Of a stretch of 64,000 nt of DNA, positions 13,870 through 28,149 are shown one piece after another. Location: NCBI RefSeq assembly GCF_009914755.1, contig NC_060930.1. One strand, written 5' to 3'. This stretch comes from the human T2T-CHM13v2.0 reference genome, Homo sapiens. Every line of letters begins with the position of its first letter. Within the stretch, counting starts at the first letter, position 1. The notes beneath the pieces were generated by a model. That model had not been told where the DNA came from and ran no database searches. It worked only from the letters and a program-made list of their open reading frames with translations. The position numbers were made by a program, and so were the translations under genes.

Positions 13870-14620
13870 CTACCTTCTCACATTAATACATGATCTCCCT
13901 GGGGGACCCCATGCACAACCCAAGGTTACAATTAGTCCTTGAAGTCAGAAGCCTCCCAAATCTCTATCTTCAATCCTGAACTTTCTTTCAAATTCCAGAC
14001 TAATACATCTACCTCCCTCCCGCAGCTCTCGGGATACCTTGCAGTGCCCCTTCAAGGTCACATGGTGAGGCTTCAAACGTTAACCCACAGACTTGCTCCT
14101 CCTCCAGCACTGCCTGTTCTAGCTAATGGCACCGCTATGCAATAGCCATCAGAGCTCCCGGATCCTCACCAGGTGATGGCTACTGTTTTAAGAACTTTAC
14201 CTAATACCTTCAACAACCGCATGAGTAGGTAGCATTAACCCTATTTGATTAATGGGGAAAGTAAGGCTTAGAAGTTATGCTGATTTGCCCATGATCCTAC
14301 AGCCAGCAAGCAGTTAAGCTTGCTGTAGAATCCAGGGTGCGTGTCAAAAGTCAACCTCTTCCCATGTCACTTCCCAGCCTCTCCAAACTTAGAAGCTCTG
14401 CAGTCTAGATTGTTCTCAGAGATTAAGCTTTACAACTTTATTGTCTCTCAAATCTATTTCCTTCTCTTAATTCCCATAGCTACCTGCTGTTTGGGTGATG
14501 TTTTGCTTTTATTAGGGCCTCCAAATCAGCATAGCACAACAACTCCAGAATTTTACTTTGTTTGAATTCCCAATGATTCTCCTTTCTAGCTCATTTAAAA
14601 CAGGTGGCAGGCTTTGTAAT
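13870..14620 (-). mobile_element. L2 fragments interrupted by a MIR (about 14170-14370)
   Basis: ctcccaaatctctatcttcaatcctgaactttc (L2); aatggggaaagtaaggcttagaag (MIR). Confidence 0.5.
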
Positions 14621-15489
14621 CCCTTGTATTTTCATCCAGCTGAAGACAGAAGCATTCTGAAGAAGTCTGTCTTTGTTAACAATATCTAAACCCAGAGAAG
14701 AAATTCTGCTGGACTTCTGGGAGGCGAGAAGGAGAAGCAGAGGAGAAGCTGCCAAAATGACACTCTCCCTTCCATCCCCCCATGGCCAACCCCCCATCCC
14801 AGGGCCTGATAAGGAGGTATGTCAGTCCCCAGCAATAGAGGCCCTGGCACCCCTCTGTTCCCTAAGGCAATGAGTAGAATCCTTGAGAAGACAGCTACGT
14901 GAAGAGTGTGCCTCGGGAGGCCAGACCTGAGGCAGGAGGTTTCCAGCCCTCACTGGCGGCCCTGGGGCAGACAGCTACAAGGATTCAATAAATCACTACT
15001 TTGATAAACTGAAGGTCAGAGGTGGGTTCCTCATCTTCCAGAGGCCATGAAAATCTCCAGGTCCTAGGACACACTCCATGGGGGAAGGGGAAGCACCTAA
15101 ATCTTACTGACATGAAATTTTCCTCTAGGTTGGCAGAATGGGGACTGGAGTCCGTTTTCATTATGGGGAATGAAAACAGTAATGCTTCTTGCATAGTTGA
15201 CACTCTGAGGTGAAATGCAGACTTGTGGGGCACCTCAATAAAGTGCAGAATCTTAGAACAGTGCACATCTGTGCTATAGACTAGCTACAACTGCTGGAAC
15301 TGGAGCCAATCTAGTTTTCAAAAAAGGCCACCGCTTCGTTAGAGAGAGGACCATGGACTCTGCATACGCTCTGGTGACCTAGGGTGGAGGGGCGGGGTGG
15401 CGGGGAGGGCAGCAGGCTTATGCTTTAAACCCCTGAGGCAGATAGAGAAGGAAGGAAGGAAACAAGGGCAGATGTTAGAGTATACTCAC

Positions 15490-15521
15490 AAGATTAACTC
15501 CTCTGATTCCTATGCAAATAC
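15490..15521 (-). other. PLAGL1: PLAGL1 32-nt 5' UTR micro-exon
   Basis: Minus strand: tgtctctccctttctag|GTATTTGCATAGGAATCAGAGGAGTTAATCTT|gtgagt. Confidence 0.78.
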
Positions 15522-16860
15522 CTAGAAAGGGAGAGACACACAAAGTTATCTTTAAGGTCTTTATCTTGAGCTCTGAATTGCTAAAACAAACAAAAACACC
15601 CAAGTGGGGGGGGAACGGAAGTCTACTTGGAAGAGGAAAGAGAGCAGCTGGTGCTGCTGGAGTCATGAGATCCAGGACACCCCCGTTTCCCAAGCCTGGA
15701 TGTGCCTCCCAGGGTAGCATGCTGGCACGGAGCGGGATGGCTGATTTCCATAAGATGGAAATGATTGCATGCTGGAAACTGAGATGCTTTAGGGGAGAGA
15801 AGATCCTAACCCAAAAGAAAGGATATAAATCTTTAATGTGTCAAATTTGTTGACTGTAAGATGTTGTAGTAATGGTCAGTACTTGCAGCACCAAATGGGC
15901 ACGTCTAAGGGGTCCGGGCTTTGAAATCAGTCACGTTATCCAAACAAATTCCACTTGAGTTCCGTGGCTGAATGTCTGAGACCTTCAGAAGAAGCTTATA
16001 AAGACCCTGCTGGAAACTGAAGAGGATTTTAGATACGCCAAAGATATGCCGGCCATTACGCAGAGACTAGAACTTTTAGTGCTGAGAGCTCTGGCTGGGA
16101 GAACCTCACATTCCTAAGAATCAGCAACCAAGGGACCCCATTTTTCTGCCAAATAGGCACACTATTAAATCTGATGGGCATGTCAAGGGAGAAGATGACC
16201 TGGGAAAGGAGTTGCCCAGGGAGCAAGTGCCCTGTTGCAGAGGCAGAGATTGCCAAGATGGTCTCCTTGGGGTTTGAGGCACAAAGCCCCCTCTAGCTAT
16301 TTTAGTTATAAGGAGGTGGGAACGCTGTGTTAAATTGTACCCAAGAAGATAACTCACAAGGCAAGGAACACGGAAGCTAGGGTGTGTTGGGCAAGTAAGC
16401 AGAGGTTGCTTGCTTTACCGAAAGTGGGGCTGCTCTGGTCTCACAAGGGTCTAGCCTTGGTTGGCACATGCTTCCCTTGTCACACCAGACAGGTGAGACC
16501 AAGAAGGGAAGACAGAAAGAGACCCCACCACTTAACATGGGCAAATACCTACAGGAGGCTACTTTCCAATCTGTGGTGCCCAGAAACTTGGCAGGGATAG
16601 GGTGGTTGCATGGGGAGGGATGCTAGAGAATGGAGAACGAGTTCACTCTATTGGCCCAAACTCAATTTTCATGTGGCTTCCTTTAAACAAACCACAAGCT
16701 TAGTGAGTCAGTTAGGTCAGTGTAGAGAGATATTTCCGCATGCTAGAGGCAGATCCATATTGGTTCCCCAGTCTGTTTTTGGATGGTTCCCCTTCATTCT
16801 AATCACAATGCTGCTGCCAGGCTGATTCTTCTAACATGCAAATATGTTCCTGTCACTTGC

Positions 16861-16933
16861 CTGTTTGGAATTCTTCAATGGTCCCATTAGGTTTCTGTCG
16901 ACTGCAACGAAAAGTCTTGTCTAATCAGAACCA
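16861..16933 (-). other. PLAGL1: PLAGL1 73-nt 5' UTR exon with non-canonical GC donor
   Basis: Minus strand: caactttcag|TGGTTCTGATTAG...TTCCAAACAG|gcaagt. Confidence 0.8.
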
Positions 16934-17756
16934 CTGAAAGTTGTTAATCAGGAGAGCAATATGTTCAGGCTTGTGTTATAGAAAGAAACTGAGAGAGCAG
17001 ACATACAGATTATCCTCCTGGATTTATCAGTTATATACATTAAAATGGCCAAACAGTAATTCAAATAGCAAAACAAACAAAAAACCCAACTGTGCACACA
17101 CACACACCAAAAAATAAGTACAATAACTGAACTCTGAAGTTCAGTATAAAACTGTTCACAGAGCATTCTAAATCTTCCCTGACTCAGCACAACATCTTTG
17201 TGCACTCTGATTTGAATATGTGGGGCAAATGAGAACCATTTTAGGGAAACAACATAAGATGACTATGATCTTAATGCGGTTTCAATTTACATGGTGATTG
17301 TGTGTTTTATGAACCACCTCTAATTCCTACTGCTGGAACAAAAAGGGAAAAATTACCTTGGTAAATGCCACATCATGGATCAATTAAGTTATTCCCCAAA
17401 TAAAGTATTCTTTGTTATAGTATAAGCATGCATAATTTCTAGCATTTTAAACATTGATAGAGAAATTATTTTCTTTTCTAATTTTAATATTTAACACTCC
17501 TATGTTATGATCCCCGCCTCCCTTCATCCCCCACTGCTTTCATTTTAATTTTTTGTTTGTTCATGGAGGGAAGTAAGGAAATTTTAATGATATTCCTTAG
17601 ATAATACATTTTCTTACCTAAAAGTGGTACAATAATGGGTTTTACTCTACCTCAGTCCACTATGCAGCATGCATACTCTACTTAATACTAGGTTGTGTTC
17701 CTACAGTTAGTTAAAAAACCAACCAGCTGGTAGTATTTTTTTAGATCCAACCTAAG

Positions 17757-17940
17757 AAAGACAGTGTGGTCTAGTGTAGAGGGCACTGGCTTTGGAGTCA
17801 GATGGGTCTAAGTTCGAATGCTGGCTCTGCTGCTTGGAAGGTGTGTAACTTTAGGTAAGTTGCATAACTTCTCTAAGCCTCAGTCTCCGTCACCATAAAA
17901 TGGGGATATCTATGTATCTTGCAGAGCTGATATACGGTTA
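17757..17940 (+). mobile_element. MIR SINE
   Basis: ggctttggagtcaga...ctctaagcctcagtctccgtcaccataaaatggggata. Confidence 0.75.
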
Positions 17941-19613
17941 TGCGTTACACGTGTACATACAGAGGCAAAGTACATGTACGAAGTAGATGTGGCCTGTGAA
18001 TAAGTGTTAGGGCCAATTTTACACGATGGGTAAGCTCACAATTAGGAAACATGAATAACTTCTTTTGGAGTAATATATATATATAATGGAAAGTCAGAGT
18101 ATAAATAATGGATTCACTTCAATCATGTTTCTTTAATGTGGATCATCATGACACAATTCCATCTCCTAGCATGTGTTTATAAAATAAATTTCTATTATCC
18201 CTGTGCTTTCACATTTTCTCATATATTTGAGAAATTCCTAGATTCTTAAGCAGTGTAATCCTATTTAATGTGCTGTTAATGGCAATATCATGTTTAACTA
18301 GAGAAAACAGTTACAAATGGGCCTGGCATGAACTAGTCCTACAGGTGCCATAAAGCTACCCAAATGGTATAATGAAGTGATGAGGGCATTTGGGGATTCT
18401 GCTACATTTTTTTCCTTCTGAACGTGTTGGTGGGGGTAGTGGACTAGTTTTAATTAGAATCGTTTGGAGAACAGGAATCCAAGCACACGACCTAATATTC
18501 TCCTAGTTAGCCTTCGGCCTGAGGCAGCTGTGGACAGCCTTCCTAGAAGTCAGTCTCAAGACAAAGAATAGAGCGGGAAGTGGTTTACCTAGTGGGAGGT
18601 TTGCAGGGGGAATTGAATGTAAGATGGGATATAAGAAAACTTACAAAAACAACTGGAATTTTTAAAAAATACACCATTATGACCATCAAGGACATTTTGC
18701 AAAAAAAAAAAAAAAAAAAAAAAAACAGTCTGGAGAGAGGCCAAGAGTTATGGTTAAGCAACAGCACTGCAGCTGCAAAAGAAGTGAGGGCTGCTTTAGG
18801 GTGACATGGCCTTGAACCTAGAATTAATGTATGGGACAGGGAAAAACAACAAACATGTTAGATATGAAATTTAAGGCTGGGATTTGGAATCATTATCTTG
18901 AAATAGGCAGTTCAAACAAATCCTAATCTTTACATGAGTGATAGAAAATAAGAAATAAAAACTTCTGATGTATAATGGGGACCCTGCCAACCATGAATTC
19001 CCTCAAATAAACACTGGTTGAGTGACATAACCTATTTCACAACTCTAGAAAATTTGGCAAGCTGAGAATCATCTCATATTATGATTTTAGGAGAGTGGTT
19101 TAGAGACTCTGAATTGTAACATACGTTACATTCTAGATATCTGATTCTAAATGGTGGACCCTACCTCAGTTTTTTTTTTCCTAATATTTCTTTAAGATAA
19201 AACCATTTAAAAACATCTTTTTAAAATATAACAGAAAGAGATCACGAAGTTTCTAGTGAACAAGTCATGATAAGTAAAAATCAACTGTACAATGCCCATG
19301 ATTTCTAATTTAAGACAGATAAATAGCAATGATCGTTCTTAGCGTGTCCTCTTGAATTTTTAGAGTGAAAAACAGGCTTTCATTAAGTCCACATCTTAAT
19401 CCCCCAACCTTATTTTCCCCCTCAAGGCCTGAAGTTCCTCAAATGTAAATTCTCTCACAAAGTCTTTTCTGGGACATAAGCCCCTCTACCATGGAGGAGG
19501 CGAAGGCTCTGGTTTGTGCTGTAATGCGAGGAGAGAATAAGAATACAGAGCCATGACTGATGGCAGGAGCACTGGGGGGCAGGAGTTGGAGGGTTCCGCA
19601 TAGACGTATTTAC

Positions 19614-19685
19614 CTTTCTAAGTGAGGTACAGATGAGTTTCAGATGTGACACGAGGCAGCAGCCACATTAGACGTGACAGCAATC
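19614..19685 (-). other. PLAGL1: PLAGL1 72-nt 5' UTR exon
   Basis: Minus strand: tgtttttcctttag|GATTGCTGTCACG...CACTTAGAAAG|gtaaat. Confidence 0.85.
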
Positions 19686-19899
19686 CTAAAGGAAAAACAA
19701 TATCAAAAGTTTAAAAAAAAAAAAAGCATCAAGAAAAAACACATTGGTACTATGAATGCTGACATTTACCTAATCAGAATATGAGTTCAAGGATACCAGG
19801 GGTCAAAAATCTCTCTCCATCGACATGCTATGCTATAATGCCATATCCCAGCATTCCAGAGGCACCCATTTGAGTCCTTAAGGGATCTTTAGTTTTAGA

Positions 19900-20140
19900 G
19901 AGGCTATACAGTGATGTGGTTAAGACCACAGTATGGTGCCAGAAAGCTTAGATTCCAATCTTGGTGCCACCTGGAGCCACTTAGAGACCTCATGCAATTG
20001 GTTTTCTCTCTCTACCTCAGCTTCCTGTCCTGTAAAATGGAGATAACGATTACACCCACATCACAAGACCCTTTTGAGAATTAAATAAGCTAATTTGAGA
20101 TAAATGCTTGACACTGTCTGGTAAGCAGGGAGTATTCATG
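19900..20140 (+). mobile_element. MIR SINE
   Basis: cctcagcttcctgtcctgtaaaatggagataac. Confidence 0.65.
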
Positions 20141-20208
20141 TATTTGTATTTATTTTTCAGAGACCCCAAGTAAAAATACAGCCTCAAGCAGAAATTACAA
20201 AATACTCA

Positions 20209-20355
<147 letters not shown>

Positions 20356-22884
20356 TCAGAACCTTTTTAAGAGCGTCAACTAAGAAGAACACTATTCCTT
20401 TGGGTAAGGGAAACAAGAACCTCAGCAGGGATGAGGGTGAAGAGGGGGAGGGAAGAAAAAGCCACTAAAAGGCAAAATATGGGGGAAAAAAACACCCCAC
20501 TTTGGCTTAACTTCAATTTTTTTTTTTTAAAGTCAAGACCACTATTATCAGCAGAGGCCTGGAGAAAAGAATTTGCTGTGCAGACCCAATCATTCACCTT
20601 GAGATAAGGAAAAGGACAGAAACTGGACAGCAAATGATGAGAGGGCAGCAGCAAAATGTTTACAGACTGAAAAGAGATGGAAATATAGCTTTCAGTGAAA
20701 ATAATGAAGACAGGAAATAGATCAATAACTTAAACCCATCAACCCTCACCTTCACAGATATAAATTCATTACTGATTAGCAGTGCAATCCAATTGGATGA
20801 ATACTTGAGCACCAACCCTAAGTAACCTCCTTCTCTGAGTAGCCCACATTTGTGCCTTGACCAAAAAGGCTGCTGTTGTATGTGTTTTTAAAATAACGAA
20901 ACCATATCAATTTGAATCTTACTAATGCAAAAGGCATAAACTTTTAGGTATAAGCTGAGTTTGGGTTTTTCCTCCTGAATTGAGGTTTTTCCTTGCAGAA
21001 AAATGTCTCACTAAAGAAGGCAATATGTAATGTTGCAAAGTAAACATTTAAACTACTGAAAATATACTAAGTATTTTAACAACCTCATTAACATACAAAT
21101 GATTAACTACAAATGATTAGGTATCTAATTATTACAGATGATCTTTATAATAGTCATATCTGATCTTATACAACTGACACATTATTTAATTTTAGATAGT
21201 TCTGTATTTCAGAATAGCTTTCTTGCAACTAAATCTAGTGGGTAAGGAGGATGTCTTGTTTTCAACGGCTAGATAAACGTTTATTAGGGCTGCTTTATTT
21301 GGTCAGTCTGGGTGGACGGGAAACTGTCTAAGAGGGAAATATCTGGTATTTTTCTACTAGGAAGTTAGCTTACGTAGATTAACACACATGTAAACACAGA
21401 GACATAACATATGTCCATCCCCAAACCTATTTTGAGGGTTTCTCTTAAGTTACTTGAAATTCTTCTTCTTGGATATTACAGCAGTCTTCAGTCTGAAGAA
21501 AAAGGCTCTTTTCTGAAGAATCACATAGTTGAAGTTATCTGATTCTATAAGCATAGCAAGACCACAATTTTTAACTGCAGTTACTTCCCTGGCCTGTCTG
21601 TAGTTCTTTTTTATTAATGTAGACAAAGATATGCCTCACTGCTGAAAGCTGAAACATCAAATGGAAAAGTGCAGTTTGATTTCCTACATTTCCCTCCACT
21701 CTCTGCCTCTCCGTACTTTGGTATTATGTCACACAAAATTACTTCCAGAAACTGGGAGGGTTGAGCAGCCAAGTTATGAAATCTAAGTGCTATGCTTAAT
21801 GCTTTTTTTTTTTATCTTCAAGTTAATACTTATGAGGGTGAGAGTCTACCAATGATCAAAGTCATGGTAATTTTTCTGTTTCATGAGAAATCTAAAATCT
21901 CAGAATCACATCCCGCTGACCCGACGTTATTTGTACAACCCATACAAATGCCCCTTCCTCTACGAGATTCCTCCCGCAATTCACAAATGTGTAAACCTCT
22001 ATTTTAAATTTTACCTCTACCATTAATCAAAACAGAAGTGCAAATAAGTTTCCTTAAAAATAATCTTGGTAGTGAACATAAAACAAAAATAACATGGAGA
22101 GTAAAGTATTAGCCCGTTCCTGTACTTGTCTGCTTACTTACTCCCTCCTACAACACGTTCTAAAAATTTCCATTATGATTTTAAGATGTTATTTTCCCAA
22201 TAAATGTTGACAACAATTTCCCACTTCCAGCTCTGGCTTTAAAAAGAAATAGGTTATAAGTTGAGAATAGCTAAGAAATTGGGTTTGTCCCAGTGTTCTG
22301 TGAAATCAGACTAGTCAGTGCTTCAGAATCAAAATTTCCCTTAGACTTTTCACTAAGAAGCAAAGCTGTTTGTTTGCCTTTTCTGATAAGGAATTCAAAA
22401 CATGCAATGGTAGTAAATCTGGTTAAAGAAATTGTCAAGGGAGGTTTTGACTTTTGCTATTATTTAACATTACATCATAGAATTAAATCATGTAAAATGG
22501 CAGCCTTATCCATCTCAATCACTAAATTCGGTCAAGTAAAAGTCTACAAAATTCTAAATGAAAAGTTTTTTCATCTCATTAATGGAAATATCTAAACATT
22601 ACGTTGTGGTTTATTTTTAGGAAAGAATAACAGAGAAGAGAGCTTGGATCTGAAAAGAAAAATGCCACACACTGGTGATGCTTCCTTCTAGAGGCTGTGG
22701 ACTGCCTGACAAACTTGCTAAAGCAAAAAAGGGCATAATAGTTCTCTGTAGAGGAAGAATTTTAAAAAGCAATAGCAACAATCAGGTAACAGCAGACCAA
22801 TCAGGTTCTCCCAAAATTTAGTATTTGCAGTTGAAACTGTGATAAGTAATTACTTTCAAAGGAATGTAGACAGAGCCATCAATC

Positions 22885-23130
22885 CCCATTCATTCAGCTC
22901 GCATTTACCGAGCCAAGAGCTCTGCTAGGCTTGAGATATAAAAATGAATACAACACAGCTGCTTTACTTCCAGCTAAAAGAATACACCTAAATAAAGAGC
23001 TACAGGGCCATGTGTTAAGTGCCATAATAGAGGTGTACACAAAGGGCTGGGGGCCAAAGGAAGAAGCCATAAATTCTTCCTGGGAAATCAAGCAAGTGAG
23101 GGGAGATGTGAAAGAAGGTATCTCAGAGAT
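22885..23130. mobile_element. L2 3' fragment
   Basis: cattcattcagctcgcatttaccgag...taagtgccataatagagg. Confidence 0.5.
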
Positions 23131-24491
23131 GTTTCCTTGTGATAATCTCAAGACTTTTTCTTTAGTGTGTTCTAAAAAGGTGGTAATTTTAAGATTTATC
23201 AACTATTATAATGTCAGGCGCTAATCTTGGTCTGCTAGCCAGTTTCTGTTTGACACACACTTCCAGTTACAATATCCCAAGAATATAAATATTTTAAAAT
23301 AAATATATTATTGTAATATTCCCATGCAATACACACAATCCAGAATGGCATGAATCACTGGCTTGAGTGGAACGTAGCTTCCAAGTTCAAAGATGTTTTA
23401 AAATATAATGAATGAAAGATGGATTTTAGAGAGTTTCATATAATATCAATAATGCTTACTGTATCACTGTTTTCTTTCCTCTCAAGGCAAAAATAAAAGA
23501 ATCACCTGATTGTATCATGGTTAATATTTGTTTTACTCTACTTCTGTGTTTAAAAAAAGAGGGCGGGTGGAGAATCAACTTCTACTTAACATCATTTATT
23601 ATGCAGACCATATTCCTACTTATAACATAGTTGTGACAAAACCTCCATTGTTCATTACACACTAGCCCCAAACTTGAGTAATTCTAATGTAAGCATGAGA
23701 AACTCCCGTCTCCTTTGGGGTGAATTTCCCAATTCCTCTGTGTTAAATTGAGGTCTAATTTTCCCTGTGCCTGGTTTTCACAAGAAGGTCCATTCCACCC
23801 CATGTGCTCCTTTTCAGCTGTCAATAAACAGAGGCAGTGAATTCCCCACGGCTTCACAAAGCTAGTTAGGCAGAGCCATTCATTCCTTCAGGAAAACAGG
23901 GCATTGATTTCAGCGAGTTCCCAGGGAGCAGCTGCAACAAAGAGATCAAAGGCCCACCTCTCTTTCCCTCCATTGCTTTCATTAGGCCCAGCCCAGACAA
24001 ACAGCGACAGGTTTCCTTGAGACAAGGAGAGGGCTCAGCAGACCACCTCATGGTTTAATTCAAATTCATCCGTTTCCTACATTCCAGTGACAGTTCAGAA
24101 TGCTAACCATGACAAACCAGCACAATCACCCAGCATAATATACTGCTCGCTAGTTCATCCAAGGTCAGAGGGAGAAAACAAGCACGGGGGGAAGTCCTCT
24201 GCTTCTAGGGCCTGCTGAGCTTCAATGGCCCCCTGACATTCCATAAATAAACTTCTCCCTCTCACTCTCCCTTTCTTCCTCCATCCTACAACCCTACAAG
24301 CGATAGTCTCACTGAACAATCTGCAACTTCTTTCATGTCACCGTACCCAAACTATATGGAAACTTTATTCTCAATCGAATGGTTCGTTCTAATAGCCAGA
24401 GGAAGATGGCTATACACGCAGCCTCTATTAGTTCACTGCTGTGCTAAAGCCAGTCGGCTACACCCAATAAGCTACTACAACGTGATGAATT

Positions 24492-24579
24492 CAGAGCTGC
24501 AGTTTCTAGGGTTACCTTAGTAAGGGGTGATCTCCAGAGCTGCAGTTTCTAGGGTTACCCTAAGGGGTGATCTCCAGAG
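24492..24579. repeat. Tandem duplication with 43-bp and 40-bp units
   Basis: cagagctgcagtttctagggttacc(ttag/c)taaggggtgatctc occurs twice, followed by cagag. Confidence 0.95.
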
Positions 24580-25689
24580 AAAGCAACACAACTTAAAGAT
24601 GGAGTTAGTTTGCATAAATTCTGTTTGTACAACAAAAGTGTGAACAGAGATATAACAGGTTTTTTTGGATCCAGGTAATCACCCAAACTGGGTAATCCAA
24701 GCTCCTGTGTATAAATGAGTTGTGTGTTTGTTGGGGTGAGGATGGTTAGTCAAGGAGAGAGGAGAGAGCAAGAGGGACTATGAAAGAAAATGAATTACTC
24801 TGACTGGTTACCTACACGGAACAAATATAACTAAGAGGTTTCCAAATTCACCATTGAATTCTGAATTGCTTATTTCACACCTTCATGGAACCCTATAACA
24901 AAATGCCTTCATTTCATTGTGCTCCGTTCCATTTGTCACTAATCCTGAGTACACATGGGAATCGATGGGTTAAGTTTCAAAATTGTGAAACCAAAAAGAA
25001 AATAAACAATATTGGAACGAAAGGTATGAACCCACTCGGTGAGGCAGAACACAACCTTCCCACGTGCCCACAGGCATCAGTACTGATCTCGGTGGTGGGG
25101 TTGGGGGGGAGGTCACCAGTGACCTCCAGGGCCATCTATTCACCAATTACTCACCTTGGACTGTCAAAGATGCTATTTTGTATAGAGAGCTGAACAGCCC
25201 TCAAGGAGAAAAGACATTCCCTTATATTCAAATTAGGACAGAAATGGACTTTGCATATACAGAACTCTCAACTGCACAGGAAAGGTAGCTTGTGACAAAA
25301 ATGGTGTGACAATTAATTAGGAACCTTAAAGCTAACTCTGGCATTGACTTGCTTTGGGCCTAGGGGACACATTTAACCCCTCTGTCTTCCCACTCTTCCA
25401 AAATCACGACAGAAATATCTGTGAATTCCTTGACGCAGTACTATGAAATAACCATTCCTCAAAAACTATGTATCTCATCAAAGAAACCTAGGCTTATGAG
25501 TAGAACTTCCTTATATAATGATCACCCTGTAACTCAGTAGAGGTTCTCTGGAAACTTGCTACATTTCTATAAATCAAATTGTTTTTTAAAAGCACTCAGG
25601 AAAAATACTACTGAAAGAAAGTCTTTGGCAAATGACCAAAAACACTTATCAATCCATTTACGTATCTTTCAAAAGCATTTACAAAACAC

Positions 25690-26230
25690 TGAGAAACATT
25701 ATCCATTGGATCTCTGCCACAACCACCTGAGAGAGATGGTTTTATTAATCTATTTTTGAATGAGGAGATAATAGGCTCAAGAGAGGTAAATTGACTTGCC
25801 AAAGTCATAGAACTAATAATCAGCAGTTAAAACTTTAAATTCAAGTATTCTATCTTTGAGTCTCATGCTGTTTCCATTACACCAGCTACCATGTACTGGG
25901 GATATAATCATTCACTGGAGTTCTCTCACCAAGGTTATATTAAATAAGTCATCCTAGTTTTTGAGGCCAATGGGTTGTACCACTTCCATTCAATGAGGTA
26001 GTTGCTTAAGAGTATGGACTCTGGAGTCAGATCTGTATTTAAATTTTAGTGTCACTTTGTAATAATTTTATAAATTAAGCAATTAACAATATTTTTGGAA
26101 CCTTAGTTTCCCTATTTGTAAAAGAGGAATAATAACCTCACAGGGTTTGTGGAGGATCAAATTAGATAACTAATATAAAGCTCCTAAAACAGCGTTGGCA
26201 TACAGTGAAAGATCAATAATTATAGCTATT
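25690..26230. mobile_element. Two MIR SINEs in opposite orientation (about 25690-25890 and 25995-26230)
   Basis: aggtaaattgacttgccaaagtcatag; ggactctggagtcaga...ccttagtttccctatttgtaaaa. Confidence 0.6.
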
Positions 26231-28149
26231 ATCAATGCTGAAAATCAAAACAGTGTAAACTTGTTAAAAGGAAAAATTTCTTTTAAAGAAAAAGACATAA
26301 AATTTAACATTCAGTCTCTAGATTGCATGATTCCTTGCATTAAAAGTTTAGCCTTCAAATCTAGGATTTTATGGGGGACAACTAATGAACCAAGATCAAA
26401 CTATTATAAAAGAGAAAGAAGCTACTTTACAAAACAGAAACACTAATTGAAGTGTCGTTTTAAAAGGCTAATTGAGGCAAATCCTTGCTACTATAAAGCA
26501 GCAGTGTGGTTTTTCTGCACAATTCAGCTTTACTTCTTGCCACTTAGCCATTTCGAGTAGAAATGTATTGGTAAAAGAAGAAATTCACAGACTGTTACCA
26601 CTTGAAGAGAAAAATACACACAGGGATATCTGTTGTCTGTAGATAGTGCTTTCATGTTTTCAAAGAACTAACACATATCTTACTTCGTTGACCCTCACAT
26701 TACTAAGAGAAAACAGATTAACTATGTAGCACAAGAGAAGACTGCCAGTGGTAAACAGCAAACCTTATTTTTTATTCCTTGTCTCATTTTTTCATGACAC
26801 CCTATTACTGGGCGGTGGCATAGAGATGCCACAGTACAGAGTGTACAGAATACTGTGGGAAGACAGAGGCCACTAAGACTGAGAGAACCAGAAAAGGCTT
26901 TGCAGAGAAGGTGACATTTATCCAACCTTTTATCTAGTACAGACGTACTTCTGGAATATTCCTGGTCGCCCTTGAGCCTGAGATTTCTTTTCTTTTTTTT
27001 TTTTTTTTTTTTTGGTGAATTCTGAATATCTCACTTAGTGATTTAGTTCTCCTTATACTGCTTTTTGTTCACTTGAAAACCTAAATGGATGTCCTCACCT
27101 CCTTTTAAAAATTTCATCCAAGGCCTTGATATTAAAGAGGCAGGAGCTGAAGCCACTCTTGTTTGACTTAATAATATCAATACCTAAGGCACCTTCTCAT
27201 TCTACAGTTCTGTGACTTTTAAAATTACTGCTTATTCTTATATTGCATTACCTACTATACAACACATCACTTGAAATGTGCAATTTACTTCCTGTTAATA
27301 TTTTAAAATATTTTCTTCATTACCATTTATATCAGAAACAGTTTAAAAGAACTCTTATGAATATCTAAAGGAATATGTCTTGCTAAAGAAACTCAGCCTA
27401 GAGCTGGTGAAGTATGACAATTGTTTCTATCCTAAGAGCCGGGTTCCTTTTTGTAAGTAACCACCCCTAATTCTATCTTCTCTCACAACATGAAAGAAAC
27501 ACATTTTTTAATGAAAGATGTTCAGACATTTTGAAGATGATTATGACAATCTCTGATGAGTTATTAATTTGAGACCATTCTTCTCTTCTAACATAGACAT
27601 GTAGTGCTACAAATTCCTGTCTAAGCATTGCTATAAGTTGCATCTTAGTCACTTGAAAATATGGTTTCATTTTCATTCAGTTCAAAATATTTTCTAATTT
27701 CCTGTTCGATTTTTTTAAAATAGGCTACTTTTTAGAGAAGTTTATGTTCACAGCAAAATTGAGCCTGTTACAGGAATTTCCCATATACTCCCTTCCCCCC
27801 CCCCCAACACACTTAGCCTTCTCCATTATCGACATCCCCCACTAGAGTGGTACATTTGTTACAACTGATAAACTTCCATTGACACATCATTATCACCCAG
27901 AATCCATGGTTTAGAGTTCACTCTTGGTGTTGTACATTCTATGGGTTTGAAAAAATTTATGACAGTTCTCCATCATTATAACATCATACAGAGAAGTTTT
28001 GCCGATCTTTTTACTGTCTAGTTTTGCATTTTCTAAAATGTCATATAGTTGAAATTATATAGTATGCAGCCTTTTGAGACTGGCTTCTTTTACTTTAGTA
28101 ATACACATTTAATTTTCTTCCATGCCTTTTCATGGCTTGATAGCTCACT

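Noticed and set aside
24492-24579. Repeat-like units as a possible CRISPR or other array
   Set aside because: Only two adjacent copies, no spacers, and a eukaryotic intron context.
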